Virus record (IMG/VR): IMGVR_UViG_3300024239_000013 | Location: 248,001 to 312,000 of that record | Direction: 5' to 3' (one strand) | DNA length: 64,000 bases | Part shown: positions 49,744 through 58,767 of the stretch, piece by piece | Position numbering within the stretch: the first letter of the stretch is position 1 | Layout: each line of letters begins with the position of its first letter | Notes under the pieces: generated by a model | What the model saw: only the letters and a program-made list of their open reading frames with translations | Databases searched by the model: none | Told to the model about the DNA's origin: nothing | Made by a program: the position numbers and the translations under genes

Positions 49744-50418
49744 TTAATTTGCTGTTATTACTATTAATTTTACCTCTGAAGATGTTGGGTTAGTAAAAAT
49801 AAAACCACCCATCGAAGAATCCGAATTTTCGCTGTGGTCATACGTAGAAAATGGATCTACGTCCCATCCCATCCAAGATGAATTATTTTTAATTGCACCA
49901 GAAAGAATCATAATTTCACCCATTACATTTCTCTGATTTGCCTTATAGTCCCAAAATAATATCTTATCCTCTTCGGGGGTTCCTGGTAGATATTCGGCTT
50001 TAGCTATTATAAGGGAAACTTCTCCGTTTGTGCTGGTAAATGAAGAAGGGTCCAAATTAGCTGATGTTTTTGGCGATATAACAAAGGTTTGCTTTTGGTA
50101 ATTAGAAAATTCTTGAAGTGGATGAAAAAAATCAATCACACTAAGCTTATCCAATATTTTATCCTGGAAAACAACATCAAAAGCTCTGTTTATGAACTTT
50201 ATTTGATTAGGATCGTTGAATCTTTTAAATGTAGCTTCTATTACTTCCATCTGTGGTATAGATCTAGCTATATTTTGATATTCTATATCAAAAGAAGCAG
50301 TATCACCAGAAGGTGATATCGAGAACTGTGAATTCCCACCTAATATTGAATTAGAACTACTTTGTATCGAATTCCCTCCATCGAAATTTTCATTGTTTAA
50401 TATTTCTGTATCTGACAC
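49744..50418 (-). CDS. hypothetical virion protein (paralog of 49248-49742)
   Basis: Same shared motifs; GTG start. Confidence 0.55.
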   Translation of the reverse strand: MSDTEILNNENFDGGNSIQSSSNSILGGNSQFSISPSGDTASFDIEYQNIARSIPQMEVIEATFKRFNDPNQIKFINRAFDVVFQDKILDKLSVIDFFHPLQEFSNYQKQTFVISPKTSANLDPSSFTSTNGEVSLIIAKAEYLPGTPEEDKILFWDYKANQRNVMGEIMILSGAIKNNSSWMGWDVDPFSTYDHSENSDSSMGGFIFTNPTSSEVKLIVITAN

Positions 50419-50435
50419 TTTTACTTGTGATATTT

Positions 50436-51140
50436 TTATAGTTTGGTTGGATCTATATCCTGATGTATTCTATTTCTATTTACGTGTTTTAATTTCTCAT
50501 CATATTCTGAATTAGAGTTACTAGAATCTGATAAATCTAATATCTGGATCTCATCAGTATTATTAGTTTCAGATCCCAATCCATCAACAAAAAATTCAGA
50601 TTCTTCCTCTTTTTTTTCAAAATCCATCAATTCCTCATTTATTTTAGAATTAGTATCAGAATCGTTATTATCTGATTGTGTTCTACTATTTCCAATTTCA
50701 ACTTCTTCTTCCGGTTTTATGTAGTCAACTAGGGATTTAATAAAACCCAAAGCAATGACAGGAAGAACTGCTCCACTTATAATAGACAATACTCTTTTCT
50801 GATAGATTTTCTCTTCCTCGTCAAGACCAAATAATTCAGACCAACCCTGAAAATCTTGTAGATGAGTATATGCATAGAAAGTATTACCCATTGCTTGCAT
50901 AAGGGTTAATATAATAAATAAGCTCCAAACCATTCCCTTGTTCATTTTATCTAAGGAAATTAAAGATGCTAATGATGCAGCCGCACCAATCTCAAAGGCA
51001 ATAGCCAAACTAACTGCTAGCCAAGTGGGATTGGAGAGTTTAAAGAAATCTATAACGTGAATGGTCGATATAACCGAAACCATCAGATATAAACTAACAA
51101 ATGTACCTATTATAAAATAACTTACTGTTTTTTTGCTCAT
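50436..51140 (-). CDS. multi-pass membrane protein with acidic tail
   Basis: Four hydrophobic helices in the first ~140 aa. Confidence 0.65.
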   Translation of the reverse strand: MSKKTVSYFIIGTFVSLYLMVSVISTIHVIDFFKLSNPTWLAVSLAIAFEIGAAASLASLISLDKMNKGMVWSLFIILTLMQAMGNTFYAYTHLQDFQGWSELFGLDEEEKIYQKRVLSIISGAVLPVIALGFIKSLVDYIKPEEEVEIGNSRTQSDNNDSDTNSKINEELMDFEKKEEESEFFVDGLGSETNNTDEIQILDLSDSSNSNSEYDEKLKHVNRNRIHQDIDPTKL

Positions 51141-51154
51141 TATTATCGATTCTG

Positions 51155-51457
51155 TTATTTTTTAAGACTTTCAAGTTTTTTTATTTCTAAATCAATTTCA
51201 CTCTGTCTGTTCACGTCTAATATTTTTCTATCCGTAGATTGAATCATTCTTTTTTCAACTTTAAGACCTTCTATTTCGATCATATTTTTTAATTCCTGTT
51301 TATTCGCTACAGAATCAAGAATAGCTGATTGTATTTTAGATTGTTTAGCTAATTTTTCAATATCACTATTAGCTCCACACTGTTTAACGAAAAGAACAGC
51401 TAAAAACACAAGTACAATAACTTCAAAATTAGATTTGATTTTCTCGATTATTTTCAT
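51155..51457 (-). CDS. single-TM coiled-coil protein (spanin/lipoprotein-like)
   Basis: Start reassigned to ATG 51457, downstream of terminator and late motif; VIVLVFLAVLFVKQC then coiled coil. Confidence 0.5.
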   Translation of the reverse strand: MKIIEKIKSNFEVIVLVFLAVLFVKQCGANSDIEKLAKQSKIQSAILDSVANKQELKNMIEIEGLKVEKRMIQSTDRKILDVNRQSEIDLEIKKLESLKK

Positions 51458-51502
51458 AATATTAATTTTTATTTTTTTATATATCCAAAAACAAACTCCA
51501 CA

Positions 51503-51535
51503 AAAAAACCAGTAATAAAAATCACTGGTTTTTTT
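51503..51535 (-). terminator. intrinsic terminator
   Basis: aaaaaaaccagt ... actggttttttt. Confidence 0.75.
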
Positions 51536-51554
51536 CATTTTTTTTATGTTTATA

Positions 51555-52112
51555 TTAACCTAGAGTAACTCCTTGCATAGCTGCAGCTAGTTGTTTTTCT
51601 AAATCTTTTACTAAAGCTGCATCTTCTTTTGCATCGGATAATGCTTGATCGAATGCTTTAAACAGTCTAAGAAAATCTTCAGCGCTCTTTAAACCAACAC
51701 CTTTGGATTTAGAAAGGAAATAGTGACTTGCTTCCAGAGGTAAAGCACTCATATAAATAGTATTGTCTTTAATTCCTTCTTTTCTGATCTTTTTAATCTG
51801 TTTATTAACTTCAACAACACCTAAAGCTTCAGTTGAATTCCATTCAGCCTTTTCCTGCATGAATTTTTCATATTCAGAGAAAAGATCTTGATTACAAGAA
51901 ATAGCATAAAGCTTTGTCTTAATCTCTTCTTTTTTAGCAGAAATTTCTTTATGTAATTGATCCACTTTTTCTTGATCAATTCCTATAGGTGAATCCAAAA
52001 TTGAATCTTGAGGAACAGTTGGACCATTAGTATTAAATTTGATTACATTCGATGCTAGAGGTTCGGTATTTCCAATCTCTATTTTTTGTGAATTCTTCTT
52101 AGTTGATGACAT
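51555..52112 (-). CDS. hypothetical protein
   Basis: 185 aa with own GAAAC-N18-TAGAAC motif and terminator. Confidence 0.6.
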   Translation of the reverse strand: MSSTKKNSQKIEIGNTEPLASNVIKFNTNGPTVPQDSILDSPIGIDQEKVDQLHKEISAKKEEIKTKLYAISCNQDLFSEYEKFMQEKAEWNSTEALGVVEVNKQIKKIRKEGIKDNTIYMSALPLEASHYFLSKSKGVGLKSAEDFLRLFKAFDQALSDAKEDAALVKDLEKQLAAAMQGVTLG

Positions 52113-52129
52113 ATTTTTTTAATTTTATA

Positions 52130-52158
52130 GTTCTAGTTATTTTTATTTGTTTTGTTTC
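52130..52158 (-). promoter_or_regulatory. middle-type promoter GAAAC-N18-TAGAAC
   Basis: Read directly. Confidence 0.65.
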
Positions 52159-52977
52159 TTATCTTATATCAAAAATATCAAAATTAGTTCTATTTTGTTC
52201 GAGATATGCTCTCAGAGGCTCTCTTAGATCTTTTGCCGGATATATTTTGGGATTTGAATTTGGTCCTATGTGACAAAGAAATCCACTTTCGGTTTCTATT
52301 CCAATTTCCTCCTCCAATATTAATCTATATAGACTTATTTGTATAGAATATAAGTTGTGCTCATTCTCCCATAAATGAGTAAAAGGTCTTAATAATCTTT
52401 TATACCTTCCTTCAGGATGATCATCATGCTTAAATACACCATTTGTTTTCCAGTCTCCTATAAGTAGAAATAATTTTTCTCTTTTCTGGTCCCAAAATAA
52501 AAATGGTTGGTCGACAGTTCCAGCAAGTCTCCACCTTCTAGAGAATATTTTGAGCTCAGAAGGAAGTGGTACCAATACATGAAATTTTCTATTGTAGAGT
52601 TCAATAAATTTATTTACTCTCAATGAATATTCATCATCAGGATCTATAGAAGGAATCTCTGGATTTTCACCACTCCAAAAATCCTCTATAAATTTATGAA
52701 CCTTCGTACCAAGTTCATTTGCTACATTTGCTTTATTTTTCCATTCATCTAATATAACCGAAACGTCGACTCCTCTTTCTGCTGCTTTTCTCTTAGACCA
52801 ATATTCTCTATTAAAAGGGGCCTTAAAATTTTTAATGTATGTTGTTACGGAATCGAATAATATACCATCATATCTATATGTATGCGTGGCTTCATCAAAA
52901 ACAAATTTAGGATCCTTCGAAAAAATAGCCAATTTGCTTTCTATATCTTTTTTTGTGCTTTCTATGTATTCCTTCAT
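52159..52977 (-). CDS. PD-(D/E)xK exonuclease
   Basis: SVTT, GTKVH, SE, AGTVD, DWKTN, YSIQISLY. Confidence 0.75.
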   Translation of the reverse strand: MKEYIESTKKDIESKLAIFSKDPKFVFDEATHTYRYDGILFDSVTTYIKNFKAPFNREYWSKRKAAERGVDVSVILDEWKNKANVANELGTKVHKFIEDFWSGENPEIPSIDPDDEYSLRVNKFIELYNRKFHVLVPLPSELKIFSRRWRLAGTVDQPFLFWDQKREKLFLLIGDWKTNGVFKHDDHPEGRYKRLLRPFTHLWENEHNLYSIQISLYRLILEEEIGIETESGFLCHIGPNSNPKIYPAKDLREPLRAYLEQNRTNFDIFDIR

Positions 52978-53420
52978 TAAACTAAATTAATAATTTTTAA
53001 GAGCCATTCCCACTTAATAGCAACAAAAACTATAAGTGAAACCTCAACAATAAATCTAAGAATCCACAATAGACTAATATATCTAAATAAGAATTGATAT
53101 ACTACTAAATATGATTCTTCATCGGTTCCTTTTACTGGCTCTATCCACATCGTAAGTAACTCCTCTAAATTAAGAGATTTGAAATACTCGTTAGTAGGCT
53201 TAATTTCACTTATAACAAAAGAAGGTCTAGCATCTTTAGGAAGATCTACAGAAAGAGTAACCTGTGGGGGAAGATTAACGACAGTGTATATTCTATTTAA
53301 ATAATCTCTTCTTAAATTTCTTCTTGCCCATATAGGAGAATCTGTCTCCTCTTTTTTTATGATTTTCACATATTCAAGATAGAGTAAAAATTCTTTTATA
53401 ACCTTAAAAATTCTAAACAT
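52977..53420 (-). CDS. hypothetical protein with C-terminal TM helix
   Basis: Hydrophobic C-terminus. Confidence 0.55.
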   Translation of the reverse strand: MFRIFKVIKEFLLYLEYVKIIKKEETDSPIWARRNLRRDYLNRIYTVVNLPPQVTLSVDLPKDARPSFVISEIKPTNEYFKSLNLEELLTMWIEPVKGTDEESYLVVYQFLFRYISLLWILRFIVEVSLIVFVAIKWEWLLKIINLV

Positions 53421-53432
53421 GATGGTTTATTT

Positions 53433-53461
53433 TTTATATCATCGTAAATCTTTATTGTTTC
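53433..53461 (-). promoter_or_regulatory. middle-type promoter GAAAC-N18-TATAAA
   Basis: -35 lies in the last codons of the ECF sigma gene. Confidence 0.6.
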
Positions 53462-54060
53462 TCGTCTATTTTTTTTCTGATTTTACTGCGAGCTCTTCTG
53501 ATCCTTGTAGCGATGGATCTTTTCTTTATCCCATATTTTTCTGCAATGTCCTTATATTTCATATTGTTTATCTCTCGGTCGATCATAATGTCTCTGTATA
53601 ACTCTGGGAGATCTCTAATCTCATCCAGAACGGATTCATAAAACTCATCAAAAGTAGATTCCTCCTTATAGAATGCATACAAAGGATCCTCTTCTAAAAC
53701 ATACTGTCCTCCTATCTCATTGGATTCGTTTTTTGAAGAAAGATATTCGAGTTCAGCATCAGTGTGATTGTGATATCTTTTTCTGGACTTCATTAAGAGG
53801 AGAGATTCATTTCTTGCTATATTATAACACCAAGTTGAAAAATTTCCTCTTTCATTGTTATACTGGTCTATTTTTATCCAAATTTTAGACATGGTATTAA
53901 TGAAAGCATCTTCAGCAAGTTCCTGTTCTTTTACAATCAAAAAACAATGGTTTAGTATACCAGGTCGGAGTCTCTCGAATAAAATTTTAAAATTCTTATC
54001 ATTTTTCACAGTTATGAAATCCTCAGCTATCTTTTGGATATTCTTTTCTTTTTGTTGCAT
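53452..54060 (-). CDS. ECF-type (sigma-70 group 4) sigma factor
   Basis: Region 2 AED...FSTWCYNIARN; region 4 LPELYR..MKYKDIAE..SIATRIRRAR. Confidence 0.85.
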   Translation of the reverse strand: MQQKEKNIQKIAEDFITVKNDKNFKILFERLRPGILNHCFLIVKEQELAEDAFINTMSKIWIKIDQYNNERGNFSTWCYNIARNESLLLMKSRKRYHNHTDAELEYLSSKNESNEIGGQYVLEEDPLYAFYKEESTFDEFYESVLDEIRDLPELYRDIMIDREINNMKYKDIAEKYGIKKRSIATRIRRARSKIRKKIDEKQ

Positions 54061-54063
54061 ATA

Positions 54064-54669
54064 TTAAAATTGGTTTTTTATTTTACTGTTTGAAAATTTT
54101 ACTATTTCTATATTGGCTTCTACCAAGAACGATAAAGATTCAGGTTTTCTATAAACCTCTGAAAAAATAACTCTCTTTATACCAGATTGGATTATTAGTT
54201 TAGAACACTCATAACAGGGAGAAAGAGTTACATATAAACTAGAACCCTCAGAACTCTGAGTTCCCTTCGCTAGCTTAGTTATCGCATTAGCTTCTGCGTG
54301 TAATACATAAGGAAGAGTTATATTATCCACATTTTCACAAATGTTCGGGAACCCTGTAGGAGATCCGTTATATCCGTCCGATATTATCGATTTGTCTTTA
54401 ACTATTAAACATCCAACTTTCATTCGATTGCAATGAGAATTTTTAGACCAAACCGAAGCCATTTCCAGGTAAATTGAATCTTTTTTATCCGTTACTTCCG
54501 AAAATTCACGATCGGACAATTCAGATTCAGAATAGAATACTTCTAATTTTTTATCTTCGTTAGTTTTAACCGACCAAAAGGGTAAAGACAGAAAATCATC
54601 CGTCATAAAAGACATGTCATCACAGACTCGTCTATTAACATTTTCTGTAATTTTTATAGATTTTAACAT
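54064..54669 (-). CDS. dCMP deaminase
   Basis: KVGCLIV, GYNG, HAEANAI, SPCYEC. Confidence 0.88.
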   Translation of the reverse strand: MLKSIKITENVNRRVCDDMSFMTDDFLSLPFWSVKTNEDKKLEVFYSESELSDREFSEVTDKKDSIYLEMASVWSKNSHCNRMKVGCLIVKDKSIISDGYNGSPTGFPNICENVDNITLPYVLHAEANAITKLAKGTQSSEGSSLYVTLSPCYECSKLIIQSGIKRVIFSEVYRKPESLSFLVEANIEIVKFSNSKIKNQF

Positions 54670-54689
54670 ACAACTACATTTGATTGGTG

Positions 54690-54697
54690 CAAATGTA
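54690..54697 (-). promoter_or_regulatory. Bacteroidota-type -7 element TACATTTG (dCMP deaminase-ECF sigma operon)
   Basis: Matches TAnnTTTG; 20 nt before ATG. Confidence 0.55.
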
Positions 54698-54737
54698 GAT
54701 CAAAATCTCGCTATAAAAAAATATTTTGTATTATTTT

Positions 54738-56255
54738 TTAGATTCTTCTCGAATCCGGTCTTAATACTCTGTCACCTGAGGTAACGTTTAAAGGTCCTTC
54801 TAGTAATAAAGCTATTCTAACTAAGGTAGCTTTCATTTCTTGTATATCTTTAGAACTTAAGCTTTCAGATTGATTATTACTTTTAGATGGATCCTTATCA
54901 TCAGATTTAGAAACTGTTTTTATATCATTAACTGGTTTCTGTAAATTATTATCAGGTAAACCTGTATCTGTAGTAGAATTTTCAATAACTGATGGGGATA
55001 ACTTGGACTGAGGTTTAGGGGAAAGACTAGTTATAGACTTCTTTATCTCGGGAGCTTTTATAGCTGGAATTTTAGTAGATAGTGAAGGTATTTTATTCTC
55101 TTTAAAAGTTGGAGTTATATTTTTAGATTGTAGAGGTTCTATCTTATTTAAAAATGAATCCTGTTTATTTTTACTGAACATACTTCCTACACTCTTAGCT
55201 AAACCAACTCCAGTACCCATTAAATTATTTTTATCTAAGCCCTTTAATAAAGATCCACCCTTTTGTATTAATTCCGAAGGATTATCTAGACCAAAATCTA
55301 AATTTTTTACTTTATTTAAAGTGTCAAAAGCACCAGATAATAGAGGGGATTCTTTTAGATTTAATTTTCCACTAAAATTTTTACCTATATTACTAACAAA
55401 ACCAGAAAGAGAATCGGGACTTAATATATTTTCTATCTTAGATGATATTGATTTATTTAAATTTCCCAATCCTTCCTTAAATATTGGATTTTTATCATCA
55501 AAATTCAAAAGTGATGACATTTCTTTTAGAGGGGATTCTATATTCTTCAAAAGATCTGTTGGAATTAGACCCTTTATATTATCCATCACGCTATTACCAG
55601 AATTCTTGGTAAAGGTTTCAAGTATGTCATTTATAGGATTTTCTGTGGTTTTTTTAGAGAACTCTGTTTTTATTAATTCTGGTAGTTTATCCCCCATTAA
55701 CGAGTTAAATGCTTCTTCAAGATTCTTAGATTCATTAGGTATACCCAACAAATCATTACCTTTTTTTAATAAGGTTTCCATAGAACCAGAAACGATTTCC
55801 GAAATTTTATCAGAATTTAACGGTTCGTCTGGTTTTTTAGCTATAATTTCTTTAGCTAAATTTGGAATATTTTTTATATCTGTTTTTATAACATTACTGA
55901 TATCCTTTAGACCAAGATTTTCTATCCCTTTGTAAACCCCCTTGAAATCTAGAGATTTTATATCATTAGAAAGTTCTTTAAAATCTAGAGTTTTCAGGTC
56001 AGTAGAAAGACCTTTAAAATCCAGCTCACCAATACTTTTAGTGAGCTGGTTAAATTCATTCTTTAGACTATTTAGATCTAGTCCGTTTATTTTTTCAACT
56101 ACCTTTACTATTTTATCCCCACTCTCTGAACTTTTTTCGTGGGATTCTATTAAATCATCTGTAGATGCTATATTTTTTCTAATGTCGCTAGAAAGTTTAT
56201 CAACGTTTCTAGACAAATCCAATAGAGAGGATATAAGTTTTTGATCTGTGGCCAT
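54738..56255 (-). CDS. tape-measure-like protein (short)
   Basis: Follows tube and chaperone genes; helical low-complexity sequence with 11-aa LDFKxLSxDxK repeats. Confidence 0.4.
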   Translation of the reverse strand: MATDQKLISSLLDLSRNVDKLSSDIRKNIASTDDLIESHEKSSESGDKIVKVVEKINGLDLNSLKNEFNQLTKSIGELDFKGLSTDLKTLDFKELSNDIKSLDFKGVYKGIENLGLKDISNVIKTDIKNIPNLAKEIIAKKPDEPLNSDKISEIVSGSMETLLKKGNDLLGIPNESKNLEEAFNSLMGDKLPELIKTEFSKKTTENPINDILETFTKNSGNSVMDNIKGLIPTDLLKNIESPLKEMSSLLNFDDKNPIFKEGLGNLNKSISSKIENILSPDSLSGFVSNIGKNFSGKLNLKESPLLSGAFDTLNKVKNLDFGLDNPSELIQKGGSLLKGLDKNNLMGTGVGLAKSVGSMFSKNKQDSFLNKIEPLQSKNITPTFKENKIPSLSTKIPAIKAPEIKKSITSLSPKPQSKLSPSVIENSTTDTGLPDNNLQKPVNDIKTVSKSDDKDPSKSNNQSESLSSKDIQEMKATLVRIALLLEGPLNVTSGDRVLRPDSRRI

Positions 56256-56271
56256 ATTGTATATATTTATT

Positions 56272-56508
56272 CTACTTTTTTAGATTAAATACTTGTTTCA
56301 CACCTCCTTCATTCTGTGCTTCTGCATTTTCAGCTTCTATGGTAGCATTTAATTTATTTAGCCATATCTGATATTCGTAGAAAGGTATGGATTCTAACCA
56401 TTCTGGGTCTATTCCATGTTCTCTCCACATTCTAAACTTAATATCAAAGAAGTTCTCTAAAGATATCTGAAATAACGAAAAGAGATCTAATCCCTCTGGG
56501 AAATGCAA
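56272..56508 (-). CDS. gp51-like / tail chaperone second ORF (possibly made by frameshift)
   Basis: SLENFF..LESIPFYE pattern; TTG start only; overlaps upstream gene in +1 frame. Confidence 0.5.
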   Translation of the reverse strand: MHFPEGLDLFSLFQISLENFFDIKFRMWREHGIDPEWLESIPFYEYQIWLNKLNATIEAENAEAQNEGGVKQVFNLKK

Positions 56509-57529
56509 GGTAAGCGGATACCTCTTCTTGTCCGCACAATTCGCACTTTTGTTTAACGGTTAATTCAGTTCCCAATTTTATTCTTTCGGAAAGCTCAAAA
56601 TATAAACTATATTCTTCTTTTGTCCAATAATCAGATTCCCTCATTTTGAACATTATTTTTTCAGTTGTTAAATCTCTCCACTCTTCAAATAGGAAAGGTG
56701 ATATTTTAAGGAATCCCTCATCTATTTCTATTCCTTTTTTAACTGAATCTGCCACAAACTTAGATATTGCTTTAGTAACTCCTATGCTAGGTATAAACAT
56801 TTCTATTTTTTTACCAATTCTCTTAACATCAAAAACAAAAGATCTAGTTTCCGGATTATAATATTCCATTATTTTTTCATCAAGTTCATATGAACTTAAA
56901 ACGCCGGTTCTTAATTCTATTCCATCCTTATATGGACACTGTGGATTATTACCACATTCCTTATTTAAAGGAAGAATTATCGAATTCTCTCCTTTTACAA
57001 AAGTAAGATCCCTGATTGCCATTATAACAAAAAATCTATCCTCCTGCTTAAGATCCATATATGAAACTACTCCTTCCCCTGGAAAATCGATTCTTAGACA
57101 TCTGTCCAAGATATAGCTAAGCTTATCTTCTACGTCAAGTCTATCTTCGTCATCAATAGTCGAGAAATGTCTTATCTCTCTTACCTCAGCAGATCTTATA
57201 GCTAATTTAGATCCATCGGGATAAAAAAGACCCATTGAAGGAAGTATTTCAACTGGAAGATTTTTCCAACCAGTATCAAAAGCTGGAGAAGCTGATTGTG
57301 CCTTACCAAAACTATTAACTAGTGGTTCCTCCGAATTTAAACTAGATTCTAGTTTTATCGGTTCCTTTCTGATTAGATTATCAGGGATGTTAATTTGTTT
57401 TGACTGATCTATTTCTACTCCAACTACTGAACTTTGCATATTTTCGTTAGAAGTTACCGGATCATCATAAACTATTCCTCCTGACAATTCCTTATTCTTT
57501 AGAATTTCTTCTGGTGATATGTTATCCAT
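56444..57529 (-). CDS. gp26-like baseplate hub / tail assembly chaperone
   Basis: LPSMGLFY, EDRFF..IRDLT, CxxC motifs. Confidence 0.6.
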   Translation of the reverse strand: MDNISPEEILKNKELSGGIVYDDPVTSNENMQSSVVGVEIDQSKQINIPDNLIRKEPIKLESSLNSEEPLVNSFGKAQSASPAFDTGWKNLPVEILPSMGLFYPDGSKLAIRSAEVREIRHFSTIDDEDRLDVEDKLSYILDRCLRIDFPGEGVVSYMDLKQEDRFFVIMAIRDLTFVKGENSIILPLNKECGNNPQCPYKDGIELRTGVLSSYELDEKIMEYYNPETRSFVFDVKRIGKKIEMFIPSIGVTKAISKFVADSVKKGIEIDEGFLKISPFLFEEWRDLTTEKIMFKMRESDYWTKEEYSLYFELSERIKLGTELTVKQKCELCGQEEVSAYLAFPRGIRSLFVISDIFRELL

Positions 57530-57562
57530 AATTTTTTATTTATTCATTATATAACCAAAAAC

Positions 57563-57594
57563 AAAAAAAGAGACCAAAATTGATCTCTTTTTTT
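57563..57594 (-). terminator. intrinsic terminator after tube genes
   Basis: aaaaaaagaga ... tctcttttttt. Confidence 0.7.
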
Positions 57595-57619
57595 TATATA
57601 ATTTAAAAAAATTATCAAA

Positions 57620-58195
57620 TTACAAGAAAAGGTCTTCCCAATAATCACAAACCCAACTAGTTGTTATTGTATAGATAGTTGCTTGTTCATAGTCTAGTTC
57701 CATGGGATTTATAGCTTCACTCAAGAAACATGAGGGTATTCTTATTCTCCTAAAAACATCCCCTCTTTTATTAAAGATTGATATTGAGATAGATCCTACA
57801 TAGTCTGCTTTTATCCCCATTGCACCTGTAAGAGGATTATAAATTAAATCTGACCATTGTCTAAGTATTTTATAAACGCTCATCGAATTAGCATCATTTA
57901 AGTTAACCTCAAATTCCATGGTCAATGTCATATCACTTTGAGAAGGTTCTCCCCCTGCATATCTTCTTGTTGCAAACTTATAGTTTTGGTTAATAGTCTG
58001 TGCAGGAGCAATATCAACAGCTAACCCTGTTATAGATTTAACTTGTTGTGCTAATATTCCCTCCCCATTAAATGCCGTTGTTGCATCTAAAATACCAGCA
58101 GGAGGATTTATAATAACTTCAAACTGGTTCAAAAATACCGGTTCATAGTTATTTATTGCTGCTTTAGAATTCGTAAAATGTGGTAATCCTGCCAT
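57620..58195 (-). CDS. gp19: tail tube protein gp19-like, copy 2
   Basis: Directly after sheath and tube 1; LRQWSDLIYNPLTG, DYWEDLFL. Confidence 0.8.
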   Translation of the reverse strand: MAGLPHFTNSKAAINNYEPVFLNQFEVIINPPAGILDATTAFNGEGILAQQVKSITGLAVDIAPAQTINQNYKFATRRYAGGEPSQSDMTLTMEFEVNLNDANSMSVYKILRQWSDLIYNPLTGAMGIKADYVGSISISIFNKRGDVFRRIRIPSCFLSEAINPMELDYEQATIYTITTSWVCDYWEDLFL

Positions 58196-58212
58196 TTATT
58201 ATTTTTAATTTT

Positions 58213-58767
58213 TTATAGGAATAAATCTTCCCAATAATCAACCGCCCAAGTCATATCGTCAATTTTATATAAATCGGTAGAGGTATAATTTAAATTCATA
58301 GGAGATATTGGTTTAGTAGGAAAGCAATCCTTACATGTTATTCTTCTAAAAACGTCTCCTTGTTTATTAAAAATCGATATAACTATAGTTCCCGTATAGT
58401 CGCTTTTAATGCCCATTGCACCAGTCAATGGATTATAAATCAAATCTGACCATTGTCTTAATGTTTTGAAAACATACATAGAGTTAGCATCATTAAGGTT
58501 TACAGTAAAACTTAAACTAACGTCCATAAATGTATTTTCGGGTTTAGCTCCAGCATAATTTCTTTTAGCAAATTTATACTTTTGGCTAGTTACTCCGGGA
58601 TTCTTATCTAAAGAAAGTCCGCTAACCTTAGTAACATGTTGGAGTAATATTTCACCACCAGCTACAGCAGCAGGAGGTATTATTGTTACCTCGAACTGGT
58701 TCAGATAAACAGGTTCAAATTTGTTTATAGCTGAAAGTGAATTTTGAAAATGTGATAGTCCTGCCAT
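58213..58767 (-). CDS. gp19: tail tube protein gp19-like, copy 1
   Basis: Follows sheath; same motifs as copy 2. Confidence 0.8.
   Translation of the reverse strand: MAGLSHFQNSLSAINKFEPVYLNQFEVTIIPPAAVAGGEILLQHVTKVSGLSLDKNPGVTSQKYKFAKRNYAGAKPENTFMDVSLSFTVNLNDANSMYVFKTLRQWSDLIYNPLTGAMGIKSDYTGTIVISIFNKQGDVFRRITCKDCFPTKPISPMNLNYTSTDLYKIDDMTWAVDYWEDLFL

Noticed and set aside
51458-51538. N-terminal extension of ORF 51155-51538
   Set aside because: Overlaps terminator and late promoter
52159-52977. Cas4/CRISPR association of the PD-(D/E)xK nuclease
   Set aside because: No Fe-S cysteine cluster, array or other cas genes
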